64,000 bases of DNA from an uncultured Atribacterota bacterium (lineage in GTDB: Bacteria; Atribacterota; Phoenicimicrobiia; Phoenicimicrobiales; Stramentimicrobiaceae), in NCBI GenBank assembly GCA_964433635.1, contig CAYSSG010000001.1, positions 30,845-94,844 of the forward strand, read 5' to 3'. The first letter of the stretch is position 1, and every line of letters begins with the position of its first letter. The position numbers and the translations under genes were made by a program. The notes under the pieces were generated by a model, which was given only the letters and a program-made list of their open reading frames with translations, did no database searches and had not been told where the DNA came from. Positions 9,078-18,316 of the stretch are shown here, piece by piece.

Positions 9078-9989
9078 ATGAAATTAGTTATTGAACAACT
9101 CTTAAATGGATTAACGATCGGTTCATTCTATGCCTTGATCGCTCTGGGTTACTCCATGGTATACGGCGTCATGAAACTGATTAATTTTGCCCACGGTGAT
9201 CTATTTACGCTGGGATCCTACCTTGGGTATACGCTGTTAGTGATGGGAACGGCTTATGTGACCTCTACCTTGGGTGTATGGGGTGGAATGATTGCGGCTA
9301 TGCTCATAGCCGCAATCGGAACTGGATTGATGGGAATCCTGGTAGAACGGATAGCTTATCGTCCCATATATCCCGCAGGCAGGTTACCGGCGGTTGTTTC
9401 CGCGCTTGGTGCCTCCATTTTCCTGCAAAATGCAATTATGGTTATCTGGGGTGCGCGTCCGCAGGCTTACACAGCTGATGTGATTCCAAGTGTGATGTTG
9501 AATATTGGCGGTTTACGCATTACTGTTTTGCAGATTCTTATTCTGCTCTTATCTTTTCTTTTAATGGGAATACTCTATTATGTGGTACAGAAGACAACCT
9601 TTGGTGCAGCCATCAGGGCTTCGGCGTTAGATAGAGAGACAGCGGCTTTAATGGGGATCAACATCAATTTAATTATCTTTTTCATCTTTGCACTAGGCCC
9701 TGCTCTGGGTGGTACTGCCGGCGTCATGGTGGGAATTTATTACCGAAAAATCAGTTTTGTCATGGGTTGGAACTATGGATTGAAGGCTTTTACGGCTACG
9801 ATTTTGGGTGGAATCGGCAATATTCCCGGAGCGATGATCGGTGGATTACTCCTGGGCGTACTGGAAATGCTTGGCTCCACCTATGTTTCAACTGCCTATA
9901 AGGATGTATTTGTTTTTCTGGTATTGATACTGGTGTTGATTTTCAGACCGACAGGACTTATCGGTGAAAAAGTAGCGGAAAAGGTTTAG
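9078..9989 (+). CDS. livH: Branched-chain amino acid ABC transporter permease (LivH type)
   Basis: Polytopic membrane protein. INFAHGD motif and a LivH-like C-terminus ...RPTGLIG. Confidence 0.85.
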   Translation: MKLVIEQLLNGLTIGSFYALIALGYSMVYGVMKLINFAHGDLFTLGSYLGYTLLVMGTAYVTSTLGVWGGMIAAMLIAAIGTGLMGILVERIAYRPIYPAGRLPAVVSALGASIFLQNAIMVIWGARPQAYTADVIPSVMLNIGGLRITVLQILILLLSFLLMGILYYVVQKTTFGAAIRASALDRETAALMGININLIIFFIFALGPALGGTAGVMVGIYYRKISFVMGWNYGLKAFTATILGGIGNIPGAMIGGLLLGVLEMLGSTYVSTAYKDVFVFLVLILVLIFRPTGLIGEKVAEKV

Positions 9990-10000
9990 GTGCAGTTACA

Positions 10001-11008
10001 ATGAATAACAAAAGTACAACCGGTCAGGAAAAGCGCCTGGCAATAAGAAATTATTCCTTTGTTTTTATTGTAGTATTGTTCTTCCTTGTATTTCCGATTT
10101 TGATTCAGAATAATTATATCATTGACGTAGCCTTTTTCTTTGGAATCTATACCTTATTAGGATTGAGCCTGAATATTGTTCTGGGAGAAGTTGGATTGTT
10201 TGATTTGGGACACATGGGATTTGCCGCTATTGGTGCTTATACCACTGCCATTTTAAATACCAGCTACGGTATACCCGTCTTAGTTTTATTACCGGTGAGT
10301 GCCATTGCTGCCGCCATCTTTGCGTATCTGGTTTGCTCACCGATTATCCATTTGCGGGGGGATTACTTGTGTATTGTTACGATTGGAATGGGAGAAATCA
10401 TTCGATTAACTCTAATTAATAATCCATTTGGCATTACCGGGGGTCCCAATGGTGTTTTTGGCATATCCTTTCCCTGTATCGGGAATCTATTAATCATTGA
10501 CAATTGCTTAAAATTCTATTATTTTATATGGATTGTAGTTGGTTTGAGCGTGATTGCCCTGATCAGACTGCAGAATTCAAGAATAGGAAGAGCTTGGAAC
10601 TGTATCCGGGAGGATGTCATTGCTGCCGAAGCATCCGGGATTGATGTCCGTTATTACAAATTACTGGCTTTTATGTTAGGTGCTGCATTAGCAGGTATAG
10701 CAGGCAGTATCTATGCCACTAAACTGATGATTGTCTCTCCTGAAAGTTTCAGCTTCATGGAGTCATGCCTGTTATTCTGCATTATATTAATCGGAGGGAT
10801 GGGGTCTATACCCGGTGTATTTATCGGTGCAGCTGCCATCAGCCTTTTTCCGGAAATATTCCAGGCCTTTGCCCAGTATCGTATGCTGATTTTTGGTGTC
10901 GTCATGGTATTGATGATGATATTTCGACCGGGTGGTATCTGGCCGAGACAGAGAGGAAAAATACAGACTGAATCAATGTTAGTCACAGCAGGAAAGAGCG
11001 AGATATGA
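10001..11008 (+). CDS. livM: Branched-chain amino acid ABC transporter permease (LivM type)
   Basis: Polytopic membrane protein. LGHMGFAAIGAYT motif is typical of LivM. Confidence 0.85.
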   Translation: MNNKSTTGQEKRLAIRNYSFVFIVVLFFLVFPILIQNNYIIDVAFFFGIYTLLGLSLNIVLGEVGLFDLGHMGFAAIGAYTTAILNTSYGIPVLVLLPVSAIAAAIFAYLVCSPIIHLRGDYLCIVTIGMGEIIRLTLINNPFGITGGPNGVFGISFPCIGNLLIIDNCLKFYYFIWIVVGLSVIALIRLQNSRIGRAWNCIREDVIAAEASGIDVRYYKLLAFMLGAALAGIAGSIYATKLMIVSPESFSFMESCLLFCIILIGGMGSIPGVFIGAAAISLFPEIFQAFAQYRMLIFGVVMVLMMIFRPGGIWPRQRGKIQTESMLVTAGKSEI

Positions 11009-11820
11009 TGATGAAGGAACAAATGCAGGAGAGTATAAAGGCAGATAGATTTATGATGCTGGAAACACAAAAATTAACCAAACGATTTGGTGGGCTTGTA
11101 GCAGTCAATCAGATCGATTTAATGGTGAATAAAGGCAAAATCAGCAGTATCATAGGACCGAATGGTGCGGGGAAAACGACTGTTTTTAATGTTATTACCG
11201 GTATATATCAGCCTGATGAAGGGCAATATTTTTTTAAAGGGGAAAAGATAATCAGTTTGAAGCCGCATCAGATTCTTTCCAGGGGAATTGCTCGAACCTT
11301 TCAGAATATACGGCTTTTTCAAAATATGACTTGCCTGGAAAATGTCATGTCAGGACAACATGCCCGGAGTCAGTCAGGTATCTGGCCTTCTATTTTTCGC
11401 TTGCCTACCCAGGTAAATGAAGAGAAAAAAATACGGGAAGTAGCTGAGAGCAGGCTGAAACAGGTTGGCTTAATGAGATACAGAGATGAATTGGCGAAAA
11501 ATATTGCCTATGGAAACCAGAGGATGTTGGAGATTGCCAGGGCTTTAGCAAGTAATCCTGATCTTTTGATACTGGATGAACCAAGTAGCGGCTTGAATGA
11601 CAAGGAGTCAGAAGATCTGATGAATTTTCTGAATGAGCTTATCAAAGAAGATCTGACTATTTTACTGATTGAACATGACATGAATGTAGTTATGGGGATT
11701 TCTGATTGGGTTACGGTGATGGATGAGGGTAAAAAAATTGCCGAGGGAAAACCGGAAGATGTTTATAATAATCCAATTGTGATAGAAGCATACCTGGGGA
11801 AAGAAGAAGAGGAGATATAG
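11005..11820 (+). CDS. livG: ABC transporter ATP-binding protein (LivG type)
   Basis: Walker A GPNGAGKTT, a signature-like motif and Walker B LILDEP. 4-nt overlap with livM. Confidence 0.9.
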   Translation: MMMKEQMQESIKADRFMMLETQKLTKRFGGLVAVNQIDLMVNKGKISSIIGPNGAGKTTVFNVITGIYQPDEGQYFFKGEKIISLKPHQILSRGIARTFQNIRLFQNMTCLENVMSGQHARSQSGIWPSIFRLPTQVNEEKKIREVAESRLKQVGLMRYRDELAKNIAYGNQRMLEIARALASNPDLLILDEPSSGLNDKESEDLMNFLNELIKEDLTILLIEHDMNVVMGISDWVTVMDEGKKIAEGKPEDVYNNPIVIEAYLGKEEEEI

Positions 11821-11824
11821 TCTG

Positions 11825-12574
11825 GTGAAAGCCTTATTAACAATCGATAGCCTTCATATTTATTATGGATCGATACAAGCTTTAAAGGGGATTTCCCTGA
11901 ATGTTGCCAAAGGTGAAATCGTCAGTGTGCTTGGGGCGAATGGCGCAGGAAAGAGTACATTGCTCAGGGCTATTTCCGGGCTTGTCCCTGTCCATAAGGG
12001 TGATATGATATTTAATGATATATCTTTAAAAAAAAGGGAAGCATACAGGATTGTTATTGATGGTATATCGCATGTTCCTGAAGGAAGACGTGTATTTTCT
12101 ACCTTGACCGTGGAAGAAAATCTGAATCTTGGTGCTTTTAATCGCAGAAATGAATCGAAACTTGTTGCGGAGAGGAAGGATCGGGCTTTTGACCTGTTTC
12201 CCATATTAAAAAACAGAAGAAATCAGCTGGCAGGAACCCTGTCAGGAGGGGAACAACAGATGCTAGCTATCGGAAGAGGTTTAATGAGTGATCCCCAGTT
12301 ATTGCTGCTGGATGAGCCCTCTTTAGGTCTTGCCCCTTTGCTGGTAAAACAGATCTTCAGGATTATTAAAGAAATTAATGAACAGGGTGTAGCTATTCTA
12401 TTGGTGGAACAAAATGCCCGAAAAGCTCTGGCAATAGCTCATCGGGGATATGTATTAGAGACCGGAAATATAACCATCAGCGGTTTATCATCTGAGCTGA
12501 AAGATAATCAGAAAGTACAGGAAGCTTATCTGGGAGGAGCCGCTCTAAAGAAACAGAGAAATAGACCATCTTAA
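11825..12574 (+). CDS. livF: ABC transporter ATP-binding protein (LivF type)
   Basis: GTG start. Walker A GANGAGKST, signature LSGGEQQ and Walker B LLLDEPS. Confidence 0.9.
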   Translation: MKALLTIDSLHIYYGSIQALKGISLNVAKGEIVSVLGANGAGKSTLLRAISGLVPVHKGDMIFNDISLKKREAYRIVIDGISHVPEGRRVFSTLTVEENLNLGAFNRRNESKLVAERKDRAFDLFPILKNRRNQLAGTLSGGEQQMLAIGRGLMSDPQLLLLDEPSLGLAPLLVKQIFRIIKEINEQGVAILLVEQNARKALAIAHRGYVLETGNITISGLSSELKDNQKVQEAYLGGAALKKQRNRPS

Positions 12575-12690
12575 CATTTAAGGCAAAAAACCGGAAATTA
12601 AACTATTTTCGTTAAAACCTCTGGACCATAGCATGAGATAAATGATTGATCGTATGCCTGGCCATTGGTTTTATTTATTTTTGAAATTGT

Positions 12691-12719
12691 TTGAAAAAAC
12701 AGGTCTTTTTTGTTATATT
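12691..12719 (+). promoter_or_regulatory. Sigma-70-type promoter candidate: TTGAAA - 17 nt - TATATT
   Basis: -35 at 12691-12696 and -10 at 12714-12719, with exactly 17 nt spacing. About 200 nt upstream of phoU. Confidence 0.5.
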
Positions 12720-12928
12720 ATATGAGGGTTGTTTTATTAAAAGGATCCATATTCTGTAAAATGAAGAATTTTATCCAACTGAGTGAATTTAAAAGATGAA
12801 ACTGGTTTAGTGAGCCGGGATGAAAAGTCATAAAAAATAGAGATGTGACAAGAGCATGACCTTTCATGGTTTTTTAGTCTACAAAGAAGTTTCCTTGTGC
12901 TGTTCACATTAGAAATGAGAAGTAATAT

Positions 12929-13633
12929 ATGAATCAGAATAGTAATGAAGATAAAGAACTGGTAGTACTTTTTAATGGAGAGCTCGCTGATTTAAAGACT
13001 AACCTGATTGATATGTCTGAATTAGTTCAGAATTCGTTGAAGCAGGCCATCCAGTCCCTTATTAACAAAGATCGAAATCTTGCTCAGCAGGTGATAGATA
13101 ACGATGAAAAGATTGATCGCATGGAACTGGATATTGAGGAACAGTGCTTACAATTGATTGCCTTAAAGCACCCGGTATCCAAAAAATTAAGAGTGATTAC
13201 CTGTGCAATCAAGACCATTTCCGACCTGGAAAGAGTAGGTGACCGAGCAGCAAATATTGCCGGAGCAAGCCAGTATCTTGCATCGAAGCAGCTGGTAAAG
13301 CCTTTGATTGATATACCAAGAATGGCTGAGATTGCCCAGAGTATGGTGCAGGACAGTCTGAAGGCTTATCTGAGAGGGGACGTAGAATTAGCCAAATCAG
13401 TATGGACAAGGGATAAGCTGGTTGATCAATTGAATCAGCAGATATTCCGTGAGCTACTGACCTTTATGCTGGAAGATCCTCACACCATCAGTCGGGGGAT
13501 CCATCTGGTGTTTATTGCTGATAACCTGGAAAGGATTGGAGATCATGCCGGAAATTTAGCTGAACGGATCGTGTATATTGTAAACGGGGAAAGAATCAAA
13601 AAGAAGATGGAGCAAAAGGACGAGGAGTCCTGA
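12929..13633 (+). CDS. phoU: Phosphate signalling complex protein PhoU
   Basis: Two PhoU repeats, each with the E(R)xGD motif (DLERVGDRAANI and NLERIGDHAGNL). 234 aa. Confidence 0.9.
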   Translation: MNQNSNEDKELVVLFNGELADLKTNLIDMSELVQNSLKQAIQSLINKDRNLAQQVIDNDEKIDRMELDIEEQCLQLIALKHPVSKKLRVITCAIKTISDLERVGDRAANIAGASQYLASKQLVKPLIDIPRMAEIAQSMVQDSLKAYLRGDVELAKSVWTRDKLVDQLNQQIFRELLTFMLEDPHTISRGIHLVFIADNLERIGDHAGNLAERIVYIVNGERIKKKMEQKDEES

Positions 13634-13638
13634 CCGTT

Positions 13639-13908
13639 ATGTATTTTATTATCAATATCATTAATATTCTATTTAGAGTATACAGTTATGCAATTTTAGC
13701 CAGAATTTTTATATCCTGGTTACCGGTTGACCGGTCAAATCCTATCGTAAAATTTATCTACCGGATTACTGAACCGATACTGGCTCCATTTCGGATTATT
13801 TTACCGTTAGGCGGTATGGGGATTGATCTATCTCCCATCATCGTATTTTTTTTGCTGAATTTATTGAGAACATCATTAATAAGGCTGATATTAAATCTGT
13901 ATTATTGA
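13639..13908 (+). CDS. YggT family membrane protein
   Basis: 89 aa. Contains ...ARIFISWLP... and ...ITEPILAPFR..., typical of YggT/YlmG. Located upstream of divIVA as in Firmicutes. Confidence 0.85.
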   Translation: MYFIINIINILFRVYSYAILARIFISWLPVDRSNPIVKFIYRITEPILAPFRIILPLGGMGIDLSPIIVFFLLNLLRTSLIRLILNLYY

Positions 13909-13973
13909 TATTAAAGTAAAAGAAAAATGCTTATCAAAGTGATTATAAGCAGCAAAAGGAAGGAGGACAAGAG

Positions 13974-14561
13974 ATGAGGATTACTCCCATGGATATTGAA
14001 CAACAACAGTTCGGGAGATCATTCAGGGGTTACAACGAAGAAGAAGTAGATAATTTCTTAGACCGCATTGCCAAGGACTATGAAGAAATTCTTGATGAGA
14101 ACGCGAAATTAAAGGAAGAAATAGACAGGTACCAATCAAAAGTTCAAGAGTTCTCCAAAATGGAAGACACTTTAAGAAGTGCTCTGGTTAATGCGCAACA
14201 AAGTGCCTCAAGTATTAAAGAAAATGTTCAGAGAGAAACCCAGGTTATGATCGATAATGCTAAAATTGAGGCTGAGAAAATCAAACAACAGGCAAAGCAG
14301 GATTCTTTTGATATCAATCATGAGATTGAGGCTCTGAAGAAAAGAAAATATGTTCTGCTGGAAAAATTAAAAAATACCCTGAAGCTCCATATCCGCATGC
14401 TGGATGAAGAGATTGAAGAAGAGCCGGAAGAAACGAGTTCGAACGATACGCAGGATAAGATGATTGAAAATCTTAAAATGAAAATGTATTCTGATGAAAA
14501 GGGAGATTTACCGGAACTGCAGGACATTCAGGAAGATAATCTGAATGATAAAGACGTTTAA
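13974..14561 (+). CDS. divIVA: DivIVA domain-containing cell-division protein
   Basis: N-terminal ITPMDIEQQQFGRSFRGYNEEEVDNFLD is the canonical DivIVA lipid-binding domain, followed by coiled coil. Confidence 0.9.
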   Translation: MRITPMDIEQQQFGRSFRGYNEEEVDNFLDRIAKDYEEILDENAKLKEEIDRYQSKVQEFSKMEDTLRSALVNAQQSASSIKENVQRETQVMIDNAKIEAEKIKQQAKQDSFDINHEIEALKKRKYVLLEKLKNTLKLHIRMLDEEIEEEPEETSSNDTQDKMIENLKMKMYSDEKGDLPELQDIQEDNLNDKDV

Positions 14562-14639
14562 AAAACAGCGTCCATTGCAGACCTTTCGTTGGTTCTGACA
14601 GGGTGGGATATTATTATTTTTTTTCTTTAATCATATTTC

Positions 14640-14890
14640 TAATGAATAGGGACAGGAGTAAGAGGAGAGTAAGTATTCACCAGATACTGAAAATCACCTC
14701 TTGGCATTAGACTGAAAGCATGAATTCAAAACGGTTGAACCGTTATAACAGAAGTGAAAGATGATGTTTTATGTCTTTCATAAGGTTATTATCCGATATA
14801 AATTAAAAAACAAGATAATAACAGATGAAGGTGGTACCGCAAGATGCTTGAACCTCTTGCCCTTTAGAAGGCAAGAGGTTTTTATTTTCA
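14640..14890 (+). promoter_or_regulatory. T-box riboswitch leader, isoleucine specifier (AUC), controlling ileS
   Basis: T-box sequence GGUGGUACCGC at 14830-14840, with UGGU at 14832-14835. Specifier loop GAA-A-AUC-A has AUC at 14693-14695, opposite an AGAGUA S-turn-like strand. An intrinsic terminator follows immediately, and GCAAG (14839-14843) can alternatively pair with CTTGC of the terminator 5' arm. Confidence 0.85.
14853..14888 (+). terminator. T-box terminator hairpin CCTCTTGCC / GGCAAGAGG + U-tract
   Basis: 9-bp perfect stem (14853-14861 / 14870-14878) with an 8-nt loop, followed by TTTTTATTTT. Confidence 0.85.
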
Positions 14891-14917
14891 TTTCTTATTG
14901 AATAGAAGGGGGAGCAG

Positions 14918-17722
14918 ATGGTGGATTATAAATCTACATTGAATTTACCAAAAACTGAATTTTCCATGAAGGCTAATTTGCCCAAAGAAGAACCAAAGAT
15001 GATGGAATTCTGGCATACGATGAAACTGGATAAAAAATTACTGGAGAAGTACAGAGATAAGGAAAAATTTATCCTGCATGACGGACCCCCTTATGCCAAC
15101 GGAAATATACATATCGGTACCGCTTATAATAAAATATTAAAGGATCTTATCCCAAAATATAAATGGATGAGAGGTTTTAACTCCTACTATGTTCCCGGTT
15201 GGGATACCCATGGTATGCCGATTGAGCATAAGGTCAGCGGTGAATTGAATGTTACACTGAAGGATATTCATCCGGTAACGTTAAGGAAGAAGTGCCAGGA
15301 ATATGCCAAAAAGTATATCGACATTCAAAGAGAAGAATTTAAAAGACTGGGGGTCATTGCAGATTGGGAAAATCCTTATTTGACTTTTCTGCCGGAATAT
15401 GAGTCAAAACAGATCGATATCTTTGGCAGAATGTATGAACGGGGGTATATTTATAAGGGCCTGAAAGCGGTCTTCTGGTGTCCGTCCTGTGAAACAGCAT
15501 TGGCTGCTGCAGAGATTGAATACAGTGACGAACATAGTGACTCAATTTTTGTAAAATTTCAGGTTGTCGATGATATAAGCGCTATCTTCCCTGAAGCAGA
15601 ACCGGAAAAAACATTTGTGGTAATCTGGACAACCACGCCATGGACCATTCCGGGCAATTTTGCCATCACCCTGCATCCGGATTTCAAATACAGTCTGGTA
15701 AAGACCGAACAGGGAAATCTCATTATCGCATCAAAGCTGGTCGATGATGTGATGAAGAAAACAGGTATTGATTCTTACCGGGTTATAAATGAAAAAAAAG
15801 GAACACTTTTTGAGGGTATTAAAGCAAGACATCCACTGTTAAACAGAGATTCTTTGATGATCCTGGGCACGCATGTAACGCTGGAAGAAGGAACGGGTTG
15901 CGTTCATACTGCGCCGGGACATGGACAGGAAGACTACGAGATCGGTATGAAATACCGGCTGCCTATTGTATCGGTGTTGGACAGCCAGGGGAAATTAAAT
16001 GAAAACTCCGGTCCGTTCAATGGTCTTGATTATCGGGAAGCCAACAAAAAAGTGATAGAATCTTTGCAGGAAAAGGGTTACCTGTTGGGCAAAGGTAAAA
16101 TCAAACATTCCTATCCTCATTGCTGGCGATGCAAGAAACCCATCCTCTTCAGGGCTACCGAGCAATGGTTTGTCTCAGTGGATAAGTTCAGGGAAAAATC
16201 TTTAAAGGCTATTAATGAGGTTCAGTGGATTCCCAGTTGGGGAAAAGAAAAAATCTACAGCATGGTTGAGGAGAGAACGGACTGGTGTATCTCGCGACAG
16301 AGAGTATGGGGTGTGCCTATACCGGCTTTCTATTGCCAGGCATGTCATAAAATTGTGATTACTCCCGAGACCATCGATGTAGTTAAAAAATTATTCAGGG
16401 AAAGAGGGTCAGATGCCTGGTTTACCATGGGCGCTCAGGAGATTCTCCCGAAAGGTTTTCGATGTCCACATTGTGGGGGAACTGTATTTGAAAAAGAAAA
16501 AGATATTATGGATGTATGGTTTGACTCAGGTTGCAGTCATGCAGCCGTATTACAAACCAGAGAAGATCTGCATTGGCCTTGTGAAATGTACCTGGAGGGA
16601 ACCGATCAGCACCGGGGATGGTTCCAGACCTCCCTGTTGACATCAGTTGCTGCCTTTGATCGGGCTCCTTACAAGTCAGTCCTGACCCATGGGTTTACTG
16701 TTGACGAAGAAAGCCGTAAAATGTCCAAATCTATCGGTAATGTCATCTTCCCTCAGGAAGTTATCGACCAGTATGGCGCTGATATTCTAAGATTATGGGT
16801 TGCGTCTTCTGATTACAAGAGAGATGTCAGAATATCAAAAAATATTTTGAAGCAACTGGTTGAAATATACCGCAAGATAAGAAATACCGCTCGTTTTATT
16901 CTGGGCAATCTATACGATTTTAATCCTGATAAGCACCATATTTCCTACGAAAAACTGGAAGATATAGACCGCCTTATTTTAAGTCAATTTCAGAATTTAG
17001 TTCAACGGACAACCGATAACTATGAGAAATATGAATTCCATACTCTTTACCATGATATTCATAATTTCTGTACACTGAATTTAAGCTCCTTTTATCTGGA
17101 CATTATTAAAGATCGACTATATGTCTTAGATGCAAATTCATTGTCGAGAAGGGCTTCGCAGACAGCTCTATATCAGATTATCAAGGGCTTAACCCAGCTG
17201 ATTGCACCGGTTTTGAGTTTTACGGCAGAAGAGATATGGCAGAATTTAAATAGAATAGGAAAACAGGAAGAGAGTGTTTTCCTCTCATCATGGCCACATG
17301 TGGAACAGAAGATGGTGCAGAGCGAGATGGAGGAAGAATGGAGCCAGCTGATGGCAGTCAGAAGAGATGTTTTAAAGGCACTGGAAATTTCCCGGAAAGA
17401 TGGAAAGATAGGAAATTCCCTGGAAGCCCGGGTTAATATCTATACCAGTGATCAGAATATTTACACCTATCTGGAAAAATTTAAGGATGAGCTGGAGACC
17501 ATCTTCATTGTTTCCAGTGTTGAATTGCTGAATCATGATGAAGATATCTCTCATGAAAATATGTTCAGGGGAGAAGAGGTTCCCCAGATTTCCATTATCA
17601 TCAAGAAAGCACCAGGTGAGAAATGTGAAAGATGCTGGTGTTATTCCGAAACTGTCGGTCAGGATGACCGTTATCCTACGATTTGCCGTAAATGTATGAT
17701 GGTAATGGATGAGAAGGAATAG
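14918..17722 (+). CDS. ileS: Isoleucine--tRNA ligase
   Basis: HIGH-type motif (PYANGNIHIGT), KMSKS, and C-terminal Zn-finger cysteines CERCWC...CRKC. 934 aa. Confidence 0.97.
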   Translation: MVDYKSTLNLPKTEFSMKANLPKEEPKMMEFWHTMKLDKKLLEKYRDKEKFILHDGPPYANGNIHIGTAYNKILKDLIPKYKWMRGFNSYYVPGWDTHGMPIEHKVSGELNVTLKDIHPVTLRKKCQEYAKKYIDIQREEFKRLGVIADWENPYLTFLPEYESKQIDIFGRMYERGYIYKGLKAVFWCPSCETALAAAEIEYSDEHSDSIFVKFQVVDDISAIFPEAEPEKTFVVIWTTTPWTIPGNFAITLHPDFKYSLVKTEQGNLIIASKLVDDVMKKTGIDSYRVINEKKGTLFEGIKARHPLLNRDSLMILGTHVTLEEGTGCVHTAPGHGQEDYEIGMKYRLPIVSVLDSQGKLNENSGPFNGLDYREANKKVIESLQEKGYLLGKGKIKHSYPHCWRCKKPILFRATEQWFVSVDKFREKSLKAINEVQWIPSWGKEKIYSMVEERTDWCISRQRVWGVPIPAFYCQACHKIVITPETIDVVKKLFRERGSDAWFTMGAQEILPKGFRCPHCGGTVFEKEKDIMDVWFDSGCSHAAVLQTREDLHWPCEMYLEGTDQHRGWFQTSLLTSVAAFDRAPYKSVLTHGFTVDEESRKMSKSIGNVIFPQEVIDQYGADILRLWVASSDYKRDVRISKNILKQLVEIYRKIRNTARFILGNLYDFNPDKHHISYEKLEDIDRLILSQFQNLVQRTTDNYEKYEFHTLYHDIHNFCTLNLSSFYLDIIKDRLYVLDANSLSRRASQTALYQIIKGLTQLIAPVLSFTAEEIWQNLNRIGKQEESVFLSSWPHVEQKMVQSEMEEEWSQLMAVRRDVLKALEISRKDGKIGNSLEARVNIYTSDQNIYTYLEKFKDELETIFIVSSVELLNHDEDISHENMFRGEEVPQISIIIKKAPGEKCERCWCYSETVGQDDRYPTICRKCMMVMDEKE

Positions 17723-17804
17723 TCGTTGTTATGAATCTAAAGCTGCCTTTGTCAAGATTTTATAAGGATTATTCCTGCTTGAACATGGTAAACCTGGAGA
17801 GTAA

Positions 17805-18266
17805 ATGAGTTTCGCTATCGGGATTTTTATCATTGTCCTGCTGGATCAGATCAGCAAGATATGGGTTCAGAATCATATGGCGTTAAGGGAGTCCATTCCT
17901 ATCATCAAGGGAATTTTTCATATCACTTACATACAAAATCCTCATTCTTCCTTTGGTCTTTTGAAATTCAGCAATATGACCTATACGATCATCACCTTAC
18001 TGGTTCTATTGCTGATGATTCTCTTTTTACGTAGCAAGACGACCCCAAAAAACAAAATGATCTTCATTTCCCTGGCTATGATTCTGGGTGGTTCCTTAGG
18101 TAATATGATTGACCGTTTCAGGATTGGCAGTGTCATTGATTTTCTGGATTTTCGTATATGGCCTATATTCAATCTAGCTGATTCTGCCATTAATGTTGGT
18201 CTTTTTCTGCTCATTATTCATTTTTTACTTCATAAAGAAACGACGGAAAAGCCGGATGAGCAGTAG
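17805..18266 (+). CDS. lspA: Lipoprotein signal peptidase (signal peptidase II)
   Basis: Four TM segments and an FNLADSAI motif. 153 aa, in the position after ileS. Confidence 0.9.
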   Translation: MSFAIGIFIIVLLDQISKIWVQNHMALRESIPIIKGIFHITYIQNPHSSFGLLKFSNMTYTIITLLVLLLMILFLRSKTTPKNKMIFISLAMILGGSLGNMIDRFRIGSVIDFLDFRIWPIFNLADSAINVGLFLLIIHFLLHKETTEKPDEQ

Positions 18267-18316
18267 AAAGAACAAAAGACAGATTAAAATTAAGATTTAA
18301 AGAAGGGTTAAGCAAG

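Noticed and set aside
12575-12928. Small ORFs (23-25 aa) and a weak hairpin, CATGA-CCTT-TCATG followed by GTTTTTT, in the livF-phoU spacer as a possible attenuator.
   Set aside because: A 5-bp AT-rich stem is too weak to call a terminator. The small ORFs lack an SD.
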